Origin: a virus
Lineage: Duplodnaviria; Heunggongvirae; Uroviricota; Caudoviricetes
Virus record (IMG/VR): IMGVR_UViG_2537561979_000009
Location: 1 to 41,073 of that record
Length of the DNA: 41,073 nucleotides
Direction: 5' to 3' (one strand)
Of the stretch, positions 20,326-29,619 are shown in pieces. Within the stretch, counting starts at the first letter, position 1, and each line of letters begins with the position of its first letter. Below the pieces are notes generated by a model that was given only the letters and a program-made list of their open reading frames with translations, was not told where the DNA came from and made no database searches. Position numbers and translations under genes: made by a program.

Positions 20326-20806
20326 CGAGTAAATCCGGTAATTTATCCCCTGCCCGCGCACACTGATTTGCCCCCTTCGCAATAAGGGTTTTCAGATGGT
20401 CAAGATGGCGCGGTGTTAAATCAGGAAACTGTCGTTGCATGGATAAAGGGATGGAATCAAGCGTACTGGATAACGCCATTGCCAGCTTGCTGAGGGCAAA
20501 AATACAGAACCCGGTGTCAATAAGTTTTCCTTTTGACACCTCATTTTTTAACTGCTGTGTAACAGCCTGTTCTGCTGTCAGTTCCCATCTGGCAATAAGC
20601 AATTTCTCCTCATAGTCGTCTTCGCTATCGCCATCAGGCACATCGTTTTTACTTCTTCTCAGATACGATATGTAAAAATCACGCCAGGCATCCAGATCCA
20701 GTTGCCCTCGCTTATTCGATATCGGGGCACCCGGCAATTTCTGCAGTCTGCGAAGCTGGCGATCGGTCAGACTCAAATGCCTGGCAACTTCAGTCTGCGT
20801 AGCCAC
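20297..20806 (-). CDS. Nu1: Terminase small subunit Nu1
   Basis: 169 aa directly upstream of A and next to cosB; C-terminal half lambda Nu1-like. Confidence 0.85.
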   Translation of the reverse strand: MATQTEVARHLSLTDRQLRRLQKLPGAPISNKRGQLDLDAWRDFYISYLRRSKNDVPDGDSEDDYEEKLLIARWELTAEQAVTQQLKNEVSKGKLIDTGFCIFALSKLAMALSSTLDSIPLSMQRQFPDLTPRHLDHLKTLIAKGANQCARAGDKLPDLLDEYIRATTE

Positions 20807-20884
20807 TGTTCACCTCGCAAAAAATCTCCCCTCATGCGTTTTAAACATGCATCTTGCGAGCAACTTTATGCAAACGCACGCATA

Positions 20885-20980
20885 TGTCCGGTTTGTTTGT
20901 ACATTTTTTGCACATGTCCGGTTCGCAGAAAGCATGTTTTTATATTTTTCATATAGTTAACTTGCAGAGAAACCGGACAT
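20885..20980. repeat. cosB-like repeats: three copies of CATGTCCGGTT (two direct, one inverted) between Nu1 and cosN
   Basis: Seen at about 20883-20893, 20913-20923 and inverted at 20972-20982; the position matches terminase R sites. Confidence 0.6.
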
Positions 20981-21018
20981 GGATCCCGGAAAATTTTCAT
21001 AAATAGCGAAAAACCGCG

Positions 21019-21030
21019 AGGTCGCCGCCC
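21019..21030. other. cosN, 12-nt cohesive end (complement of GGGCGGCGACCT)
   Basis: Plus strand AGGTCGCCGCCC with flanking sequence that is the reverse complement of the lambda left end GGGCGGCGACCTCGCGGGTTTTCGCTATTTATGAAAATTTTCCGG as I recall it. Confidence 0.85.
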
Positions 21031-21229
21031 CGTAACGGGTCCACATGCCGGAAAGGACCCGCAAAATGATAATAATTATCATCTACATGTCACAACGTGC
21101 ATCTACGCCATCAAACCACGTCAAATAATAAATTATGACGCAGGTATCGTATTAATTGATCTGCATCAACTTAACGTAAAAACAACTTCAGACAATACAA
21201 ATCAGCGACACAGAATACGGGGCAACCTC

Positions 21230-21424
21230 ATGTCAACGAAGAACAAAACCCGCAGAACAACAACCCGCAACATCCGCTTTCCTAACCAAATGATTGAACA
21301 AATTAACATCGCTCTTGAGCAAAAAGGGTCCGGGAATTTCTCAGCCTGGGTCATTGAAGCCTGCCGTCGGAGACTAACGTCAGAAAAGAGAGCATATACA
21401 TCAATCCAAAGAGATGATGAATAA
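21230..21424 (+). CDS. Small protein, 64 aa, possibly ribbon-helix-helix; resembles the DLP12 YlcI family by size and position
   Basis: Only plus-strand ORF between cos and Rz; family assignment is from memory and unverified. Confidence 0.4.
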   Translation: MSTKNKTRRTTTRNIRFPNQMIEQINIALEQKGSGNFSAWVIEACRRRLTSEKRAYTSIQRDDE

Positions 21425-21686
21425 ACATCCCGGTTTCTTCCACCATCGCACCGGAAAAGCGACTATGAGGGTAACCCTGCGTCTGTCAGCACAGTAAAAC
21501 CCGGTGTGCATCGTTTTTGATTATTCCCGCACACTCGCGCAGAAGGAGTTCCCCGTCGGGCTACGGTCATGGTTAATGCGGGAATACAGCGACGATACAG
21601 CGCATGATGTGTCAGGCTTGAATACCTTTATCCGTTAAAAGGGATATCAGTTAAGTTATCCCGTACAGGGCATAAGCCATTATCAA

Positions 21687-21713
21687 AGCCACTCTGTAGG
21701 GAGTGGCTTTTGT
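21687..21713 (+). terminator. Rho-independent terminator candidate (AGCCACTC-TGTAGG-GAGTGGCT then TTTTGT)
   Basis: 8-bp perfect stem followed by a T-run on the plus strand. Confidence 0.5.
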
Positions 21714-21720
21714 AATGGCA

Positions 21721-21745
21721 ATAAAAAGCCCCGCGAATGCGAGGC
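21721..21745 (-). terminator. Rho-independent terminator candidate facing the previous one, downstream of Rz
   Basis: Minus strand GCCUCGC-AUUC-GCGGGGC followed by UUUUUAU. Confidence 0.45.
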
Positions 21746-21919
21746 TAAATCCAGGTATTTTTAATGACTGGCTCTTATTTCAACGCAGCCCCTTACCGCG
21801 CGCCAGATGCTCAACTTCAAGCATCAGCAATGAGATGTTTAATCTGGATTCACTCCAGAAGTGATCACCACCCTGTCTACAGAGCCAGATGTGAAGGATG
21901 ATGAGTAAAATTATCGCTA

Positions 21920-22402
21920 TCATCGAAGGCATTGCGTCCTGATATATTCCTGAAGCGTTCTCAGTGCTGTCTGGTCTCTGATGATTCCGTCCCGGATACC
22001 GAGAACGTTTCGTCCAGCAACTGGAGAGAGTTCGACGGTGGCATCATTGCCCATGCCGGAGGCGCTGGAGGTTTCGGCTGAGGATGGCACAGGGCATTTT
22101 CCTTTGACGAGCACCCGACCACCATTATCAAGCTTGCGCCGAAGAGCATCATTTTCAGCTTTCGCATCAGCCAACTCCTTCGTGTATTTAGCATCGAGTA
22201 CATCAGCAGCACGCTGGCGTTGCTGCATGTCAGTAATGGTGGCGGTCGCCTGCTTCAGCTCACTGACTTTTTTATCACGCTGTTCTTTGTAGGCGATGGC
22301 GTTATCACGGTAATGATTGACCGCCCACGACAGGCAGACGATAGTGCAGATAACCAGAGCATAAATAATCGCGGCGACTCTGCTCACTGATCTATCCCCC
22401 AA
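21920..22402 (-). CDS. Rz: Spanin inner-membrane subunit Rz
   Basis: N-terminal TM segment ([26 protein letters not shown]) and coiled coil, lambda Rz-like; start overlaps the endolysin 3' end. Confidence 0.88.
   Translation of the reverse strand: MGDRSVSRVAAIIYALVICTIVCLSWAVNHYRDNAIAYKEQRDKKVSELKQATATITDMQQRQRAADVLDAKYTKELADAKAENDALRRKLDNGGRVLVKGKCPVPSSAETSSASGMGNDATVELSPVAGRNVLGIRDGIIRDQTALRTLQEYIRTQCLR
21961..22167 (-). CDS. Rz1: Spanin outer-membrane lipoprotein Rz1, embedded in the +1 frame of Rz
   Basis: [21 protein letters not shown] lipobox followed by a proline-rich [11 protein letters not shown] segment. Confidence 0.8.
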   Translation of the reverse strand: MRKLKMMLFGASLIMVVGCSSKENALCHPQPKPPAPPAWAMMPPSNSLQLLDETFSVSGTESSETRQH

Positions 22403-22917
22403 CAGGCTAATGCGCTTTCCTGGTCACGACGAATAACCTGCCCATAGCAGTTATTTGAACGTATGCGGCAATCGCGCCCACCATCTTTTATCCACCAGCG
22501 AATCGCCTCGCATGCACTCTTACGATCACCGGCATTCAGCCGCTTATAAAACGTCGACGGGAAACACTTACCGGGGCCAATGTTATAGGGACAAAATGAC
22601 GCTATACCCGCTTTCTGTGGTTCGGTCAGTGGTACTTTAATATTGCGCTCCACCCATGCCAGCGCCCTATCACGCTCAATGGCATTAACCTGAGCGCATT
22701 TTTCCTTCGACAGCTTCATTCCCGGTATGACGGGCTTACCATCCACCATTGTGGCACCACGACAGATGGTCCATATACCGGAACCATCGCGGTATGCCGT
22801 TGTGTGGTTACCTTCTTTTTCATCCAGAAACTGGTCGAGAATATCAGGCGCAGGCGCACCGATGGCAATCAACGCCAGAACGGCAGCCGACAGGCCATAT
22901 TTGATTTTGGTGTTCAT
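22384..22917 (-). CDS. R: Endolysin, lysozyme family, with N-terminal SAR (signal-anchor-release) domain
   Basis: Gly/Ala-rich weakly hydrophobic N-terminus ([16 protein letters not shown]) then lysozyme-like domain; resembles the phage 21 / DLP12 RrrD type. Confidence 0.85.
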   Translation of the reverse strand: MNTKIKYGLSAAVLALIAIGAPAPDILDQFLDEKEGNHTTAYRDGSGIWTICRGATMVDGKPVIPGMKLSKEKCAQVNAIERDRALAWVERNIKVPLTEPQKAGIASFCPYNIGPGKCFPSTFYKRLNAGDRKSACEAIRWWIKDGGRDCRIRSNNCYGQVIRRDQESALACWGIDQ

Positions 22918-23045
22918 GGATATTTATCAGGATTTATCGGTTCCGAATCCCTGGATATGTTAAATCTTCAGCCCGCCAGCGGTAGGACACTGGCGTTTTT
23001 CCTGATGGCTGAAATATATCTGACAATTTCAGTAGAGGATTAACC

Positions 23046-23360
23046 ATGCATAACGATCAACATAATTATGATTTATGCCTGCAAGCCATAAATGAGCGGG
23101 TAAAATCAGAGTGCCTCTTACTCCTCCCACAAGAACACGATGCAGTAAAATCCATTCAGGCTGAGCCGTATGGACATCTCACACCTGTGACTCTCGGCAT
23201 TATCGCCAGAGCATTAACACAGCCCATGCTTATGCGTATTAAGACCAATATAAATAACTGGTTGAATGAAGAATTAAGCTACCTTGATTGTGAGTGGGAC
23301 AATCATTACGCAAAAACACAAAAAGAACGCATCTTCAGTCGATTATCCAGCAACAGATAA
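23046..23360 (+). CDS. Hypothetical protein, 104 aa, antisense to the lysis operon
   Basis: GAGGAT Shine-Dalgarno 8 nt before ATG; convergent with the 268-aa ORF, ends 10 nt apart; not recognised. Confidence 0.55.
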   Translation: MHNDQHNYDLCLQAINERVKSECLLLLPQEHDAVKSIQAEPYGHLTPVTLGIIARALTQPMLMRIKTNINNWLNEELSYLDCEWDNHYAKTQKERIFSRLSSNR

Positions 23361-23369
23361 CGAGCCACC

Positions 23370-24176
23370 TTATATACGCCCTTTCAGATAAGTCATCCCC
23401 GGCTGCATCCAGTCAACAGGTGCTTTCTTAAAGGGCGTATTATCAAAATCACGCAGAAGAGCCTCCAGCACAACTGCATCATTGTCAGCACCACTGGCCA
23501 TCATTTCAATCTCAGCTGCTACCTGCAGATATCCCATGCAACGACCAATGCGCTTCATCAGCCCCTGCTTTTTATTGTTCTTCAGGTAATCAATGGCAAA
23601 TTCAATGAGCGCCTCACTATGCTGGTGCGATGGCGGTGTTAATTTCCCATTTTCTGAGATGGTTATTTTCCCGCCATCTCCGTATACAACAAAGGATGGC
23701 CGGTTACACTCCCATTCCTGATCTTTATCAGGTGCAGACGCAATAAAATAACGTTTATTTCCTTCCTCTCCGGCACTTTTAACCGTAATGGAGTACTCAG
23801 ACTGCAGACAAGACGCCTCTTTTTCTGACCGCAGTGTTGACGGCGGCATCTTCAGAGAACCAGTAATTCTTCCCGGTAGCTTTCCTTTGTAGGTTATCCA
23901 CACATTCTGCGCCTCTAAAATTATGGGGCGCTTTTCCGGCGACAGCTCATCCCCTTCACATAACCCGGCAGCAACATCCAGGAAGACCTGTCTGATGCTC
24001 CTTCTGGCTGCTGCCTCATAAAACTCCAGCGCGGCACCTTCAACACGGTCCAGCGAGATGTCCAGGTCAAAAATTTCACCGTCAAAGCGTTTTTTGTCCC
24101 GTAACGCTACAGTTACCGTAACTTTATTCTCAAAATTGCGGATCCCTTTCACAATCAGTTCATAGTTTTGAGTCAT
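23370..24176 (-). CDS. Hypothetical protein, 268 aa, inserted between holin and endolysin
   Basis: Start 4 nt after the holin stop, same strand as the lysis genes; no recognisable motif. Confidence 0.6.
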   Translation of the reverse strand: MTQNYELIVKGIRNFENKVTVTVALRDKKRFDGEIFDLDISLDRVEGAALEFYEAAARRSIRQVFLDVAAGLCEGDELSPEKRPIILEAQNVWITYKGKLPGRITGSLKMPPSTLRSEKEASCLQSEYSITVKSAGEEGNKRYFIASAPDKDQEWECNRPSFVVYGDGGKITISENGKLTPPSHQHSEALIEFAIDYLKNNKKQGLMKRIGRCMGYLQVAAEIEMMASGADNDAVVLEALLRDFDNTPFKKAPVDWMQPGMTYLKGRI

Positions 24177-24180
24177 TGAA

Positions 24181-24396
24181 TTACTCTCCCCGTGCAGCCT
24201 TGCGACGGTCCTCTTTTATCTTGAAGTACAGATTCGTCAGATAAGTCAGAAAGCCCAGTGCCAGACTCCCCAGCACACCAATAGCAGCCCACTGTGAAGG
24301 ACTGACCTGATCAATCCACTGCAAAAACCAGTACCCGGCACTACCTGCTGAGGTGCCATAGGCAACACCCGTTGTTAACTTATCCATGGATTTCAT
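24181..24396 (-). CDS. S: Class II holin (pinholin, S21-like) with dual start motif
   Basis: 71 aa, MKSMDK... with Met1 and Met4, two TM segments, charged C-terminus; GGAGG Shine-Dalgarno. Confidence 0.85.
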   Translation of the reverse strand: MKSMDKLTTGVAYGTSAGSAGYWFLQWIDQVSPSQWAAIGVLGSLALGFLTYLTNLYFKIKEDRRKAARGE

Positions 24397-24726
24397 AGCA
24401 ACGCCTCCGCCAGTAACGGATTGCGTAGTTCTTGTATTAGGAAGGGGAAAAAGAAGGCCGCAGCATAATTGTCACTGATGAATTCACGACAGCCAGTGGC
24501 TACGGCTCGGTTTGGGTTGTGGTGGCTGGCGCAGGTCTCCGGCTTGCGGTTATTTCAGACTCTCACGGGCGTTTAATTGCCCCGCCGGACAGATCTTTTC
24601 CGCAATAGCTGCAATGTCTTTCGCGCATCAGCCTGAGCATTCACCACAACGATAAGAGCACTGCGCGGCACCTTTCACCAGTTCCGCGAGGTCTGCGGGT
24701 TCAGTGCTCTTACCTGTTGTGCAGAC

Positions 24727-24749
24727 AAAAAAAACCGCACGGCGGCGGG
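24727..24749 (-). terminator. tR'-like terminator of the late leader RNA (short GC hairpin plus U8 on the minus strand)
   Basis: Minus strand CCGCCGCCGUGCGG then UUUUUUUU, followed by GTCTGCACAACAGGTAAGAGCA..., which matches the lambda sequence just downstream of tR' as I recall it. Confidence 0.6.
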
Positions 24750-25200
24750 TTTAAGTTGTGTGGCGTAGGAACCACTCTTACCATGATATGCATACTTTTA
24801 CGATCGTAAAGTGTTTGTTCATACCCTGCATGCTGCATGATTCACCCCACAGACAATCTCTGGATTGTTGCGACGTTTGGCAAGATACAATTAAAGATTA
24901 TGCATTCATCTATGCACGTATTTTTCTTCAAAAGTAATGTCTTTATTAAGGTTATATAAATAACTCATAAACCCAAATAATTAAATATATTTAGCACTTC
25001 TAATAAAAAAGATTGATCTTAATTTTCTGAGTGAAAGATAGCCATCTATTTATTAGTTTGCATGACTTCTTATTTTGTGATAGTGGTCACATATAAAGAA
25101 TCGGACTCCTTAATTTTCCTTGTATACATTATACACAGAAATTAAATTTTCATCCTGATAGCATTTTGTCGTCCAATTAACTCCCACCAGAGGATAAAAA

Positions 25201-26307
25201 ATGAAAAATTTAACAGTGGCACTTTCTGCTGTAGCAGCATCAGTATTTCTGGCAACGTCTTCAAATGCAGCAGAAATATACAATAAAGATGCAAACAAAG
25301 TGGATTTATACGGTAAAGCAGTTGGTTTACATTATTTTTCTTCTGATAAGGACCAAAACGGAGATCAGACTTACGCACGCCTTGGATTCAGAGGTGAAAC
25401 CCAAATAAATAATTATATTACTGGTTTTGGTCAGTGGGAATATAATTTCCAGGGGAACAACCCTGAAGGGGATGGAGCTCAAACTGGAAACAAGACTCGC
25501 CTGGCATACGCTGGTCTGAAGCTTGCAGATGCTGGCTCTCTTGATTATGGTCGTAACTACGGCGTGGTGTACGACGCATTAAGCTACACTGACGTCTTCC
25601 CGGAGTTTGGACCTACCGCAGCGCAAGACGATAACTTCTTCGTTGGTCGTGTAGGCGGTGTTGCCACATACCGCAACACTGACTTTTTTGGACTGGTCGA
25701 TGGGCTTAGCTTTGCAATTCAGTATCTGGGAAAAAATGAACGCAAGGATAAACCAGATACTTCAAACGGAGAGGGTGTAGGTGGCTCTGTCAGCTATGAA
25801 TATGAAGGATTTGGTTTTGTCGCAGCATACGGCGCTGCTGATCGTACTAAAAATCAGAAAAAGGCTGAGCTTGGTAAAGGGAAAAAAGCTGAACAGTGGG
25901 CCACCGGGGTAAAATATGACGCAAATAATCTGTACCTGGCTGCCAGTTATGGTGAAACAAATAATACCCGTGCAATATCGTATGGTGATAATATTTCAGG
26001 AGTGGCGAATAAAACCGAAGATTTCACTGTTGTGGCACAATACCAGTTCGACTTTGGATTACGCCCGTCTCTTGCTTATACCCACTCTAAAGCAAAAAAC
26101 CTTTCATCCAGTACTGATATTAGTAAAAAACATGATGACGGATATATTGAAAAATTCGTTGAAGTCGGGGCTTCTTATTACTTCAACAAAAATATGTCTA
26201 CATACATAGATTACAAAATCAATATGCTCGATAAAAATAAATTCACTGAAAGAACAGGAGTATCAACCGACGATATTGTCGCTGTTGGTCTGGTTTATCA
26301 GTTCTGA
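25201..26307 (+). CDS. Outer membrane porin, OmpC/OmpF/PhoE family (prophage Lc/NmpC-like lysogenic conversion porin)
   Basis: 368 aa, signal peptide, ends in the beta-barrel motif ...VGLVYQF; AT-rich upstream region. Confidence 0.85.
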   Translation: MKNLTVALSAVAASVFLATSSNAAEIYNKDANKVDLYGKAVGLHYFSSDKDQNGDQTYARLGFRGETQINNYITGFGQWEYNFQGNNPEGDGAQTGNKTRLAYAGLKLADAGSLDYGRNYGVVYDALSYTDVFPEFGPTAAQDDNFFVGRVGGVATYRNTDFFGLVDGLSFAIQYLGKNERKDKPDTSNGEGVGGSVSYEYEGFGFVAAYGAADRTKNQKKAELGKGKKAEQWATGVKYDANNLYLAASYGETNNTRAISYGDNISGVANKTEDFTVVAQYQFDFGLRPSLAYTHSKAKNLSSSTDISKKHDDGYIEKFVEVGASYYFNKNMSTYIDYKINMLDKNKFTERTGVSTDDIVAVGLVYQF

Positions 26308-26451
26308 TTTGTTCTGTAAGAATATGCCGGGGGAGTGAGAACTTTTCTGGCATATAAAGTGGTGCCCTCATGCCACTGCAAAACGTTGGACAGTACTTAA
26401 CTTTTCCAACGAACTTTCTGTTATTTATTAACCTTTTTGGTTTTTATGCTT

Positions 26452-26478
26452 GGGCGCTTTGCGCCCATTTTTTATTTT
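26452..26478 (+). terminator. Rho-independent terminator (GGGCGC-TTT-GCGCCC then ATTTTTTATTTT)
   Basis: Perfect 6-bp GC stem and T-run on the plus strand, about 145 nt after the porin stop and just outside the Q 3' end. Confidence 0.7.
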
Positions 26479-26485
26479 GTACGCC

Positions 26486-26923
26486 TTATATCCCTGCCCT
26501 GGAGGACGCAGTTTTACGACGTATCGAATAATTTGTGCTCACATATCGATCCATCTCAAGGCGAACATCCAGCATCATCAACATGCCATCGATAACTCCT
26601 TCCGCTTTCTGCAGGCGCTTACCAACGCAAGTATCCGAACATCCATGTTTCCTTGCTAACTTCATGAACGTAATCCCATATACGTAGTAATCAACCAGCA
26701 TGTCATGCATATCGGCGTTGTTCTTTTTCAGGCGAGCCATACAACCACATATAATCATCGCGTCATCATCGGAACACTGCGATCGCGATTTTACTTTTGA
26801 CGGTATCAGCCCCTTAAATCCGGCGGCAATGCCTGACCATTCCACGTCTTCATGATTATTTGCGACCCATGCCCCCCAACGTTCAAGAACCATTTGAATA
26901 TCACGCATCAACTTTCTCCACAA
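26486..26923 (-). CDS. Q: Late gene antiterminator Q (QuuD/phage 21-type family)
   Basis: Cys-rich ~140-aa protein ([14 protein letters not shown]... [11 protein letters not shown]) between the nin-like region and lysis genes; alternative starts at Met6 and Met11. Confidence 0.65.
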   Translation of the reverse strand: MWRKLMRDIQMVLERWGAWVANNHEDVEWSGIAAGFKGLIPSKVKSRSQCSDDDAMIICGCMARLKKNNADMHDMLVDYYVYGITFMKLARKHGCSDTCVGKRLQKAEGVIDGMLMMLDVRLEMDRYVSTNYSIRRKTASSRAGI

Positions 26924-26925
26924 AA

Positions 26926-27921
26926 TCAGGCCAGCACACCAGTTGCCAGCGCACGATCGATAAAACGAAATATCAGCTCCAGCTGGGAGCCATACTTCAC
27001 TTCAAATGCCACGGTATCCGCATGCAGCTCGTCGTGATGCTTTCTGCACAAAGGCAACACAAAGAGATCATGCGCTTTTTTACCCATTCCCCCCTGACCG
27101 TGGCCTATCAGATGGTGGGGATCATCAGCAGGCTTTCCACAACATGCACACGGCTGCGTCTTAACCCAGCGCGTGTACTTTTCATTAACCCAGCGGCGAC
27201 GTTTTGGGCGTAACATAAAAGACTCCGGCGACTCCGGATCCACTTTCAGCGCCAGCACCTTTTTCGCTTTATCCTGGATGATGCTGGTGGCAGGAACCGA
27301 AGGCACAAGGTCACTTTCCCGGGTGACAGATGGCACAACAGGCTTCGGTAATCTCAGTGCCTTACGGGCTGCACTTTCCGGTAAGGCATCCGCCAGATCA
27401 TTACGAACCAGCCACCAGCACAGTTCCGGCATTGTCACAACGTGACTGTCATCAAAACCGAGATCCCGACGCACGACAGACAACACCCAGCGGGCACAGT
27501 TATCCGTTGCCATTGATTCCAGCCGTTCCGTGAACTGATCGCGCAGCTGGTTATCGCAGTGCCAGCACAGACGGATTGCGCCCGGCGCGTGTCGCATTGT
27601 TGTCATGTTCTCGCTGTGCCAGTCGGAATGAGGCCACTGGCAGCCTTTTTCACGAAGTAACCAGCTTTCAAGACATTCCACGCCACCAGCACGACGGATC
27701 ACTGCCTCATTGCGGAACACGGCCCGAACGGCAGGATCATCCGCCAGCGGTTGTGATGCCGCCGGAACGGCACCACTGGCGAAAGATGAATAACGTTCCG
27801 GCTCAGGCTCCAGCAGGACACGCCCCTGCATAAACAGGGGCATCAGCTCTGAACCTGGCCTGAACAATACGATCCCCATACGCGGGGCAATTTCAGGGGT
27901 CAGTAGTGCTCTCACGGTCAC
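26926..27921 (-). CDS. DUF968-like prophage protein (YdfU-like), 331 aa
   Basis: C-terminal [21 protein letters not shown] ... [10 protein letters not shown] Cys/His cluster; position immediately upstream of Q. Confidence 0.45.
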   Translation of the reverse strand: MTVRALLTPEIAPRMGIVLFRPGSELMPLFMQGRVLLEPEPERYSSFASGAVPAASQPLADDPAVRAVFRNEAVIRRAGGVECLESWLLREKGCQWPHSDWHSENMTTMRHAPGAIRLCWHCDNQLRDQFTERLESMATDNCARWVLSVVRRDLGFDDSHVVTMPELCWWLVRNDLADALPESAARKALRLPKPVVPSVTRESDLVPSVPATSIIQDKAKKVLALKVDPESPESFMLRPKRRRWVNEKYTRWVKTQPCACCGKPADDPHHLIGHGQGGMGKKAHDLFVLPLCRKHHDELHADTVAFEVKYGSQLELIFRFIDRALATGVLA

Positions 27922-27922
27922 C

Positions 27923-28750
27923 TCAATGAACGGTATCGAGCAGCTTTAACAGCTCAGGGAATCGGGATTCGAAGAAATGCGGCTGCGTCTCGCGCGGATT
28001 TGCGGGACTGGTGATGTTCTTGCCGAACATGCAACCTTTCGCTGTCAGCGACCAGAATTTTTTGATGTTGTTAATCGCGGTACGGCTGTATCGTTCGCGT
28101 TGTTCAACGATCCCCAGCTTCGCCATCTGGTGATATGCCTGATTAGCCGTAAGGCGGATACCATACTGTTTCAGCAGTGCACTCAGCGACAGCGTAGGGC
28201 GGCTTGAACCATCTGGCGCATCAGCAGGTGCATCAATGGCATAGATCGGCATAAGTTCAGGAAGACCAGCTACCTTTGATAATTTCTGGTATGCACCAAG
28301 TTTCGAGGAGTTTGACAGATTTAGAGTCTTTGCTGCTGATTCAAGCAGAATGACCCCGGATTTAATTTTGTCGGATGTGGTTTCTTCTGGTGATGAATTA
28401 TGAAGCGCATCAAAAGTACGTATCACTTTTAAGCTGAATGCCGGGCTGATCCACATTGCATATGCATAGACCAGCTCTTTACAGACATACGTCCCACCAT
28501 TGCGCCCCTGAATGGTGATGACAGGAATACTACGGGAATCTCCCGTAGTTTCTTCTTCCAATAATTCCACAAGAGCCTTCGTTTCAGGACGACGCATAAA
28601 CTCGTGAACTTCCAGCGAACGGGAGGAGCGATTCTCACCAGCGGCAAGAAGAGCAGCTTTCTGAAGGTCGTTAAGACAGTAGTTAGATTCGAAGTACTGG
28701 CGCACAGAAACGCCATCAATTACAAGCAACTGATTCATTGGTTTCTCCAC
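27923..28750 (-). CDS. KilA-N domain-like protein (putative antirepressor/Roi-like), 275 aa
   Basis: N-terminal region resembles KilA-N DNA-binding domains; assignment tentative. Confidence 0.4.
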   Translation of the reverse strand: MEKPMNQLLVIDGVSVRQYFESNYCLNDLQKAALLAAGENRSSRSLEVHEFMRRPETKALVELLEEETTGDSRSIPVITIQGRNGGTYVCKELVYAYAMWISPAFSLKVIRTFDALHNSSPEETTSDKIKSGVILLESAAKTLNLSNSSKLGAYQKLSKVAGLPELMPIYAIDAPADAPDGSSRPTLSLSALLKQYGIRLTANQAYHQMAKLGIVEQRERYSRTAINNIKKFWSLTAKGCMFGKNITSPANPRETQPHFFESRFPELLKLLDTVH

Positions 28751-28900
28751 AAATTTTTATCCACGAGCGGGACTGCACTCCCTTTTCGTTGATGCAGGAT
28801 GAACTTACTGCGATTTTTAATAGTTATCAAGGATACACTGTTCATAAATACAGTATCTTTAACGAGGTAATACCCAAATTTAGGGTGTTGCTCAATTCCG

Positions 28901-29296
28901 TTACCGAGTTGCTAATTTGCAACTCGCTTTTTCGTACTTACTGATAGTGATCTCGACCTTCCCCTCCGGGATAACCGGTCCCCACTCCACCAGCATTCTT
29001 TTCACCTGACTGTCGTCTTCCCACACCCCCGCGTGGGTCAGGGCGTCAAACAGCGCCTTGTTATAGTTGTCCAGATCGCGGATCCGGTTATCCGGAGGAA
29101 ACAACACGATCTCCACTGAAGCAGGTGCCGACGTTGGTTTCGGCAGACGACGTAACTGCTCAACTATTGCTGCGCACGCCGCGCTCTGAAATTTTCGCCC
29201 CGCCGCGCTTATCAGGCTCTTACCAGCAAATGCCCCTTTGTTGGGGTGTCGCCAGTACGTGTTCACGCTGGGCGGGAAAGGCAGGATCAGCTTCAT
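28901..29296 (-). CDS. rusA: Holliday junction resolvase RusA
   Basis: 131 aa, ...PPSVNTYWRH...DLDNYNKALFDALTHAGVWEDDSQV..., RusA family pattern. Confidence 0.8.
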   Translation of the reverse strand: MKLILPFPPSVNTYWRHPNKGAFAGKSLISAAGRKFQSAACAAIVEQLRRLPKPTSAPASVEIVLFPPDNRIRDLDNYNKALFDALTHAGVWEDDSQVKRMLVEWGPVIPEGKVEITISKYEKASCKLATR

Positions 29297-29619
29297 ACTT
29301 TCAGGCCTCTCTCATGTAACCAGTGGGTTGCACGCAGCCTGGCGTTTTCCTCACCGGCAAGCAGTGAGCGGATAATCCCGACCGCCTCGCTGTCGTCGTC
29401 CTTCACCGCGGTATGAAGAGTGATACCCCGGGCCACGCCACGCTTTATCGTGATGACGCCTTTTTTCTCCAGTGCGCGAAGATGTTCCACCGCTGCATTC
29501 ACTGAACGGTATCCCAGTATGGTTGCCACCTCCTGATTGGTTGGCGGGAAGCCACGTTCTTTCTGGTAAGAAATCAGCATATCCAGCACCTGCTGCTGGC
29601 ATTGAGTTAACGTCGTCAT
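29293..29619 (-). CDS. LexA N-terminal DNA-binding-domain-like protein with no peptidase domain, 108 aa
   Basis: LTQCQQQVLDMLISYQKERGFPPTNQEVATILGYRSVNAAVEHLRALEKKGVI closely parallels the LexA winged helix; no S24 domain follows. Confidence 0.6.
   Translation of the reverse strand: MTTLTQCQQQVLDMLISYQKERGFPPTNQEVATILGYRSVNAAVEHLRALEKKGVITIKRGVARGITLHTAVKDDDSEAVGIIRSLLAGEENARLRATHWLHERGLKV

Noticed and set aside
21425-21919. Possible bor-like or other small gene between the 64-aa gene and Rz
   Set aside because: No ORF of 60 aa or more and only a 14-codon ORF by eye; the segment is better explained by the two facing terminators.
22918-23045. T-loop-like motif GGTTCCGAATCC suggesting a tRNA remnant
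   Set aside because: One base off the canonical T-loop and no flanking acceptor or anticodon stems; more likely the promoter/leader of the 104-aa gene.
24420-25200. tRNA genes between Q and the holin
   Set aside because: No cloverleaf or T-loop signatures seen here; the region is explained by the late leader and terminator plus the AT-rich porin promoter. Not checked with a tRNA scanner.
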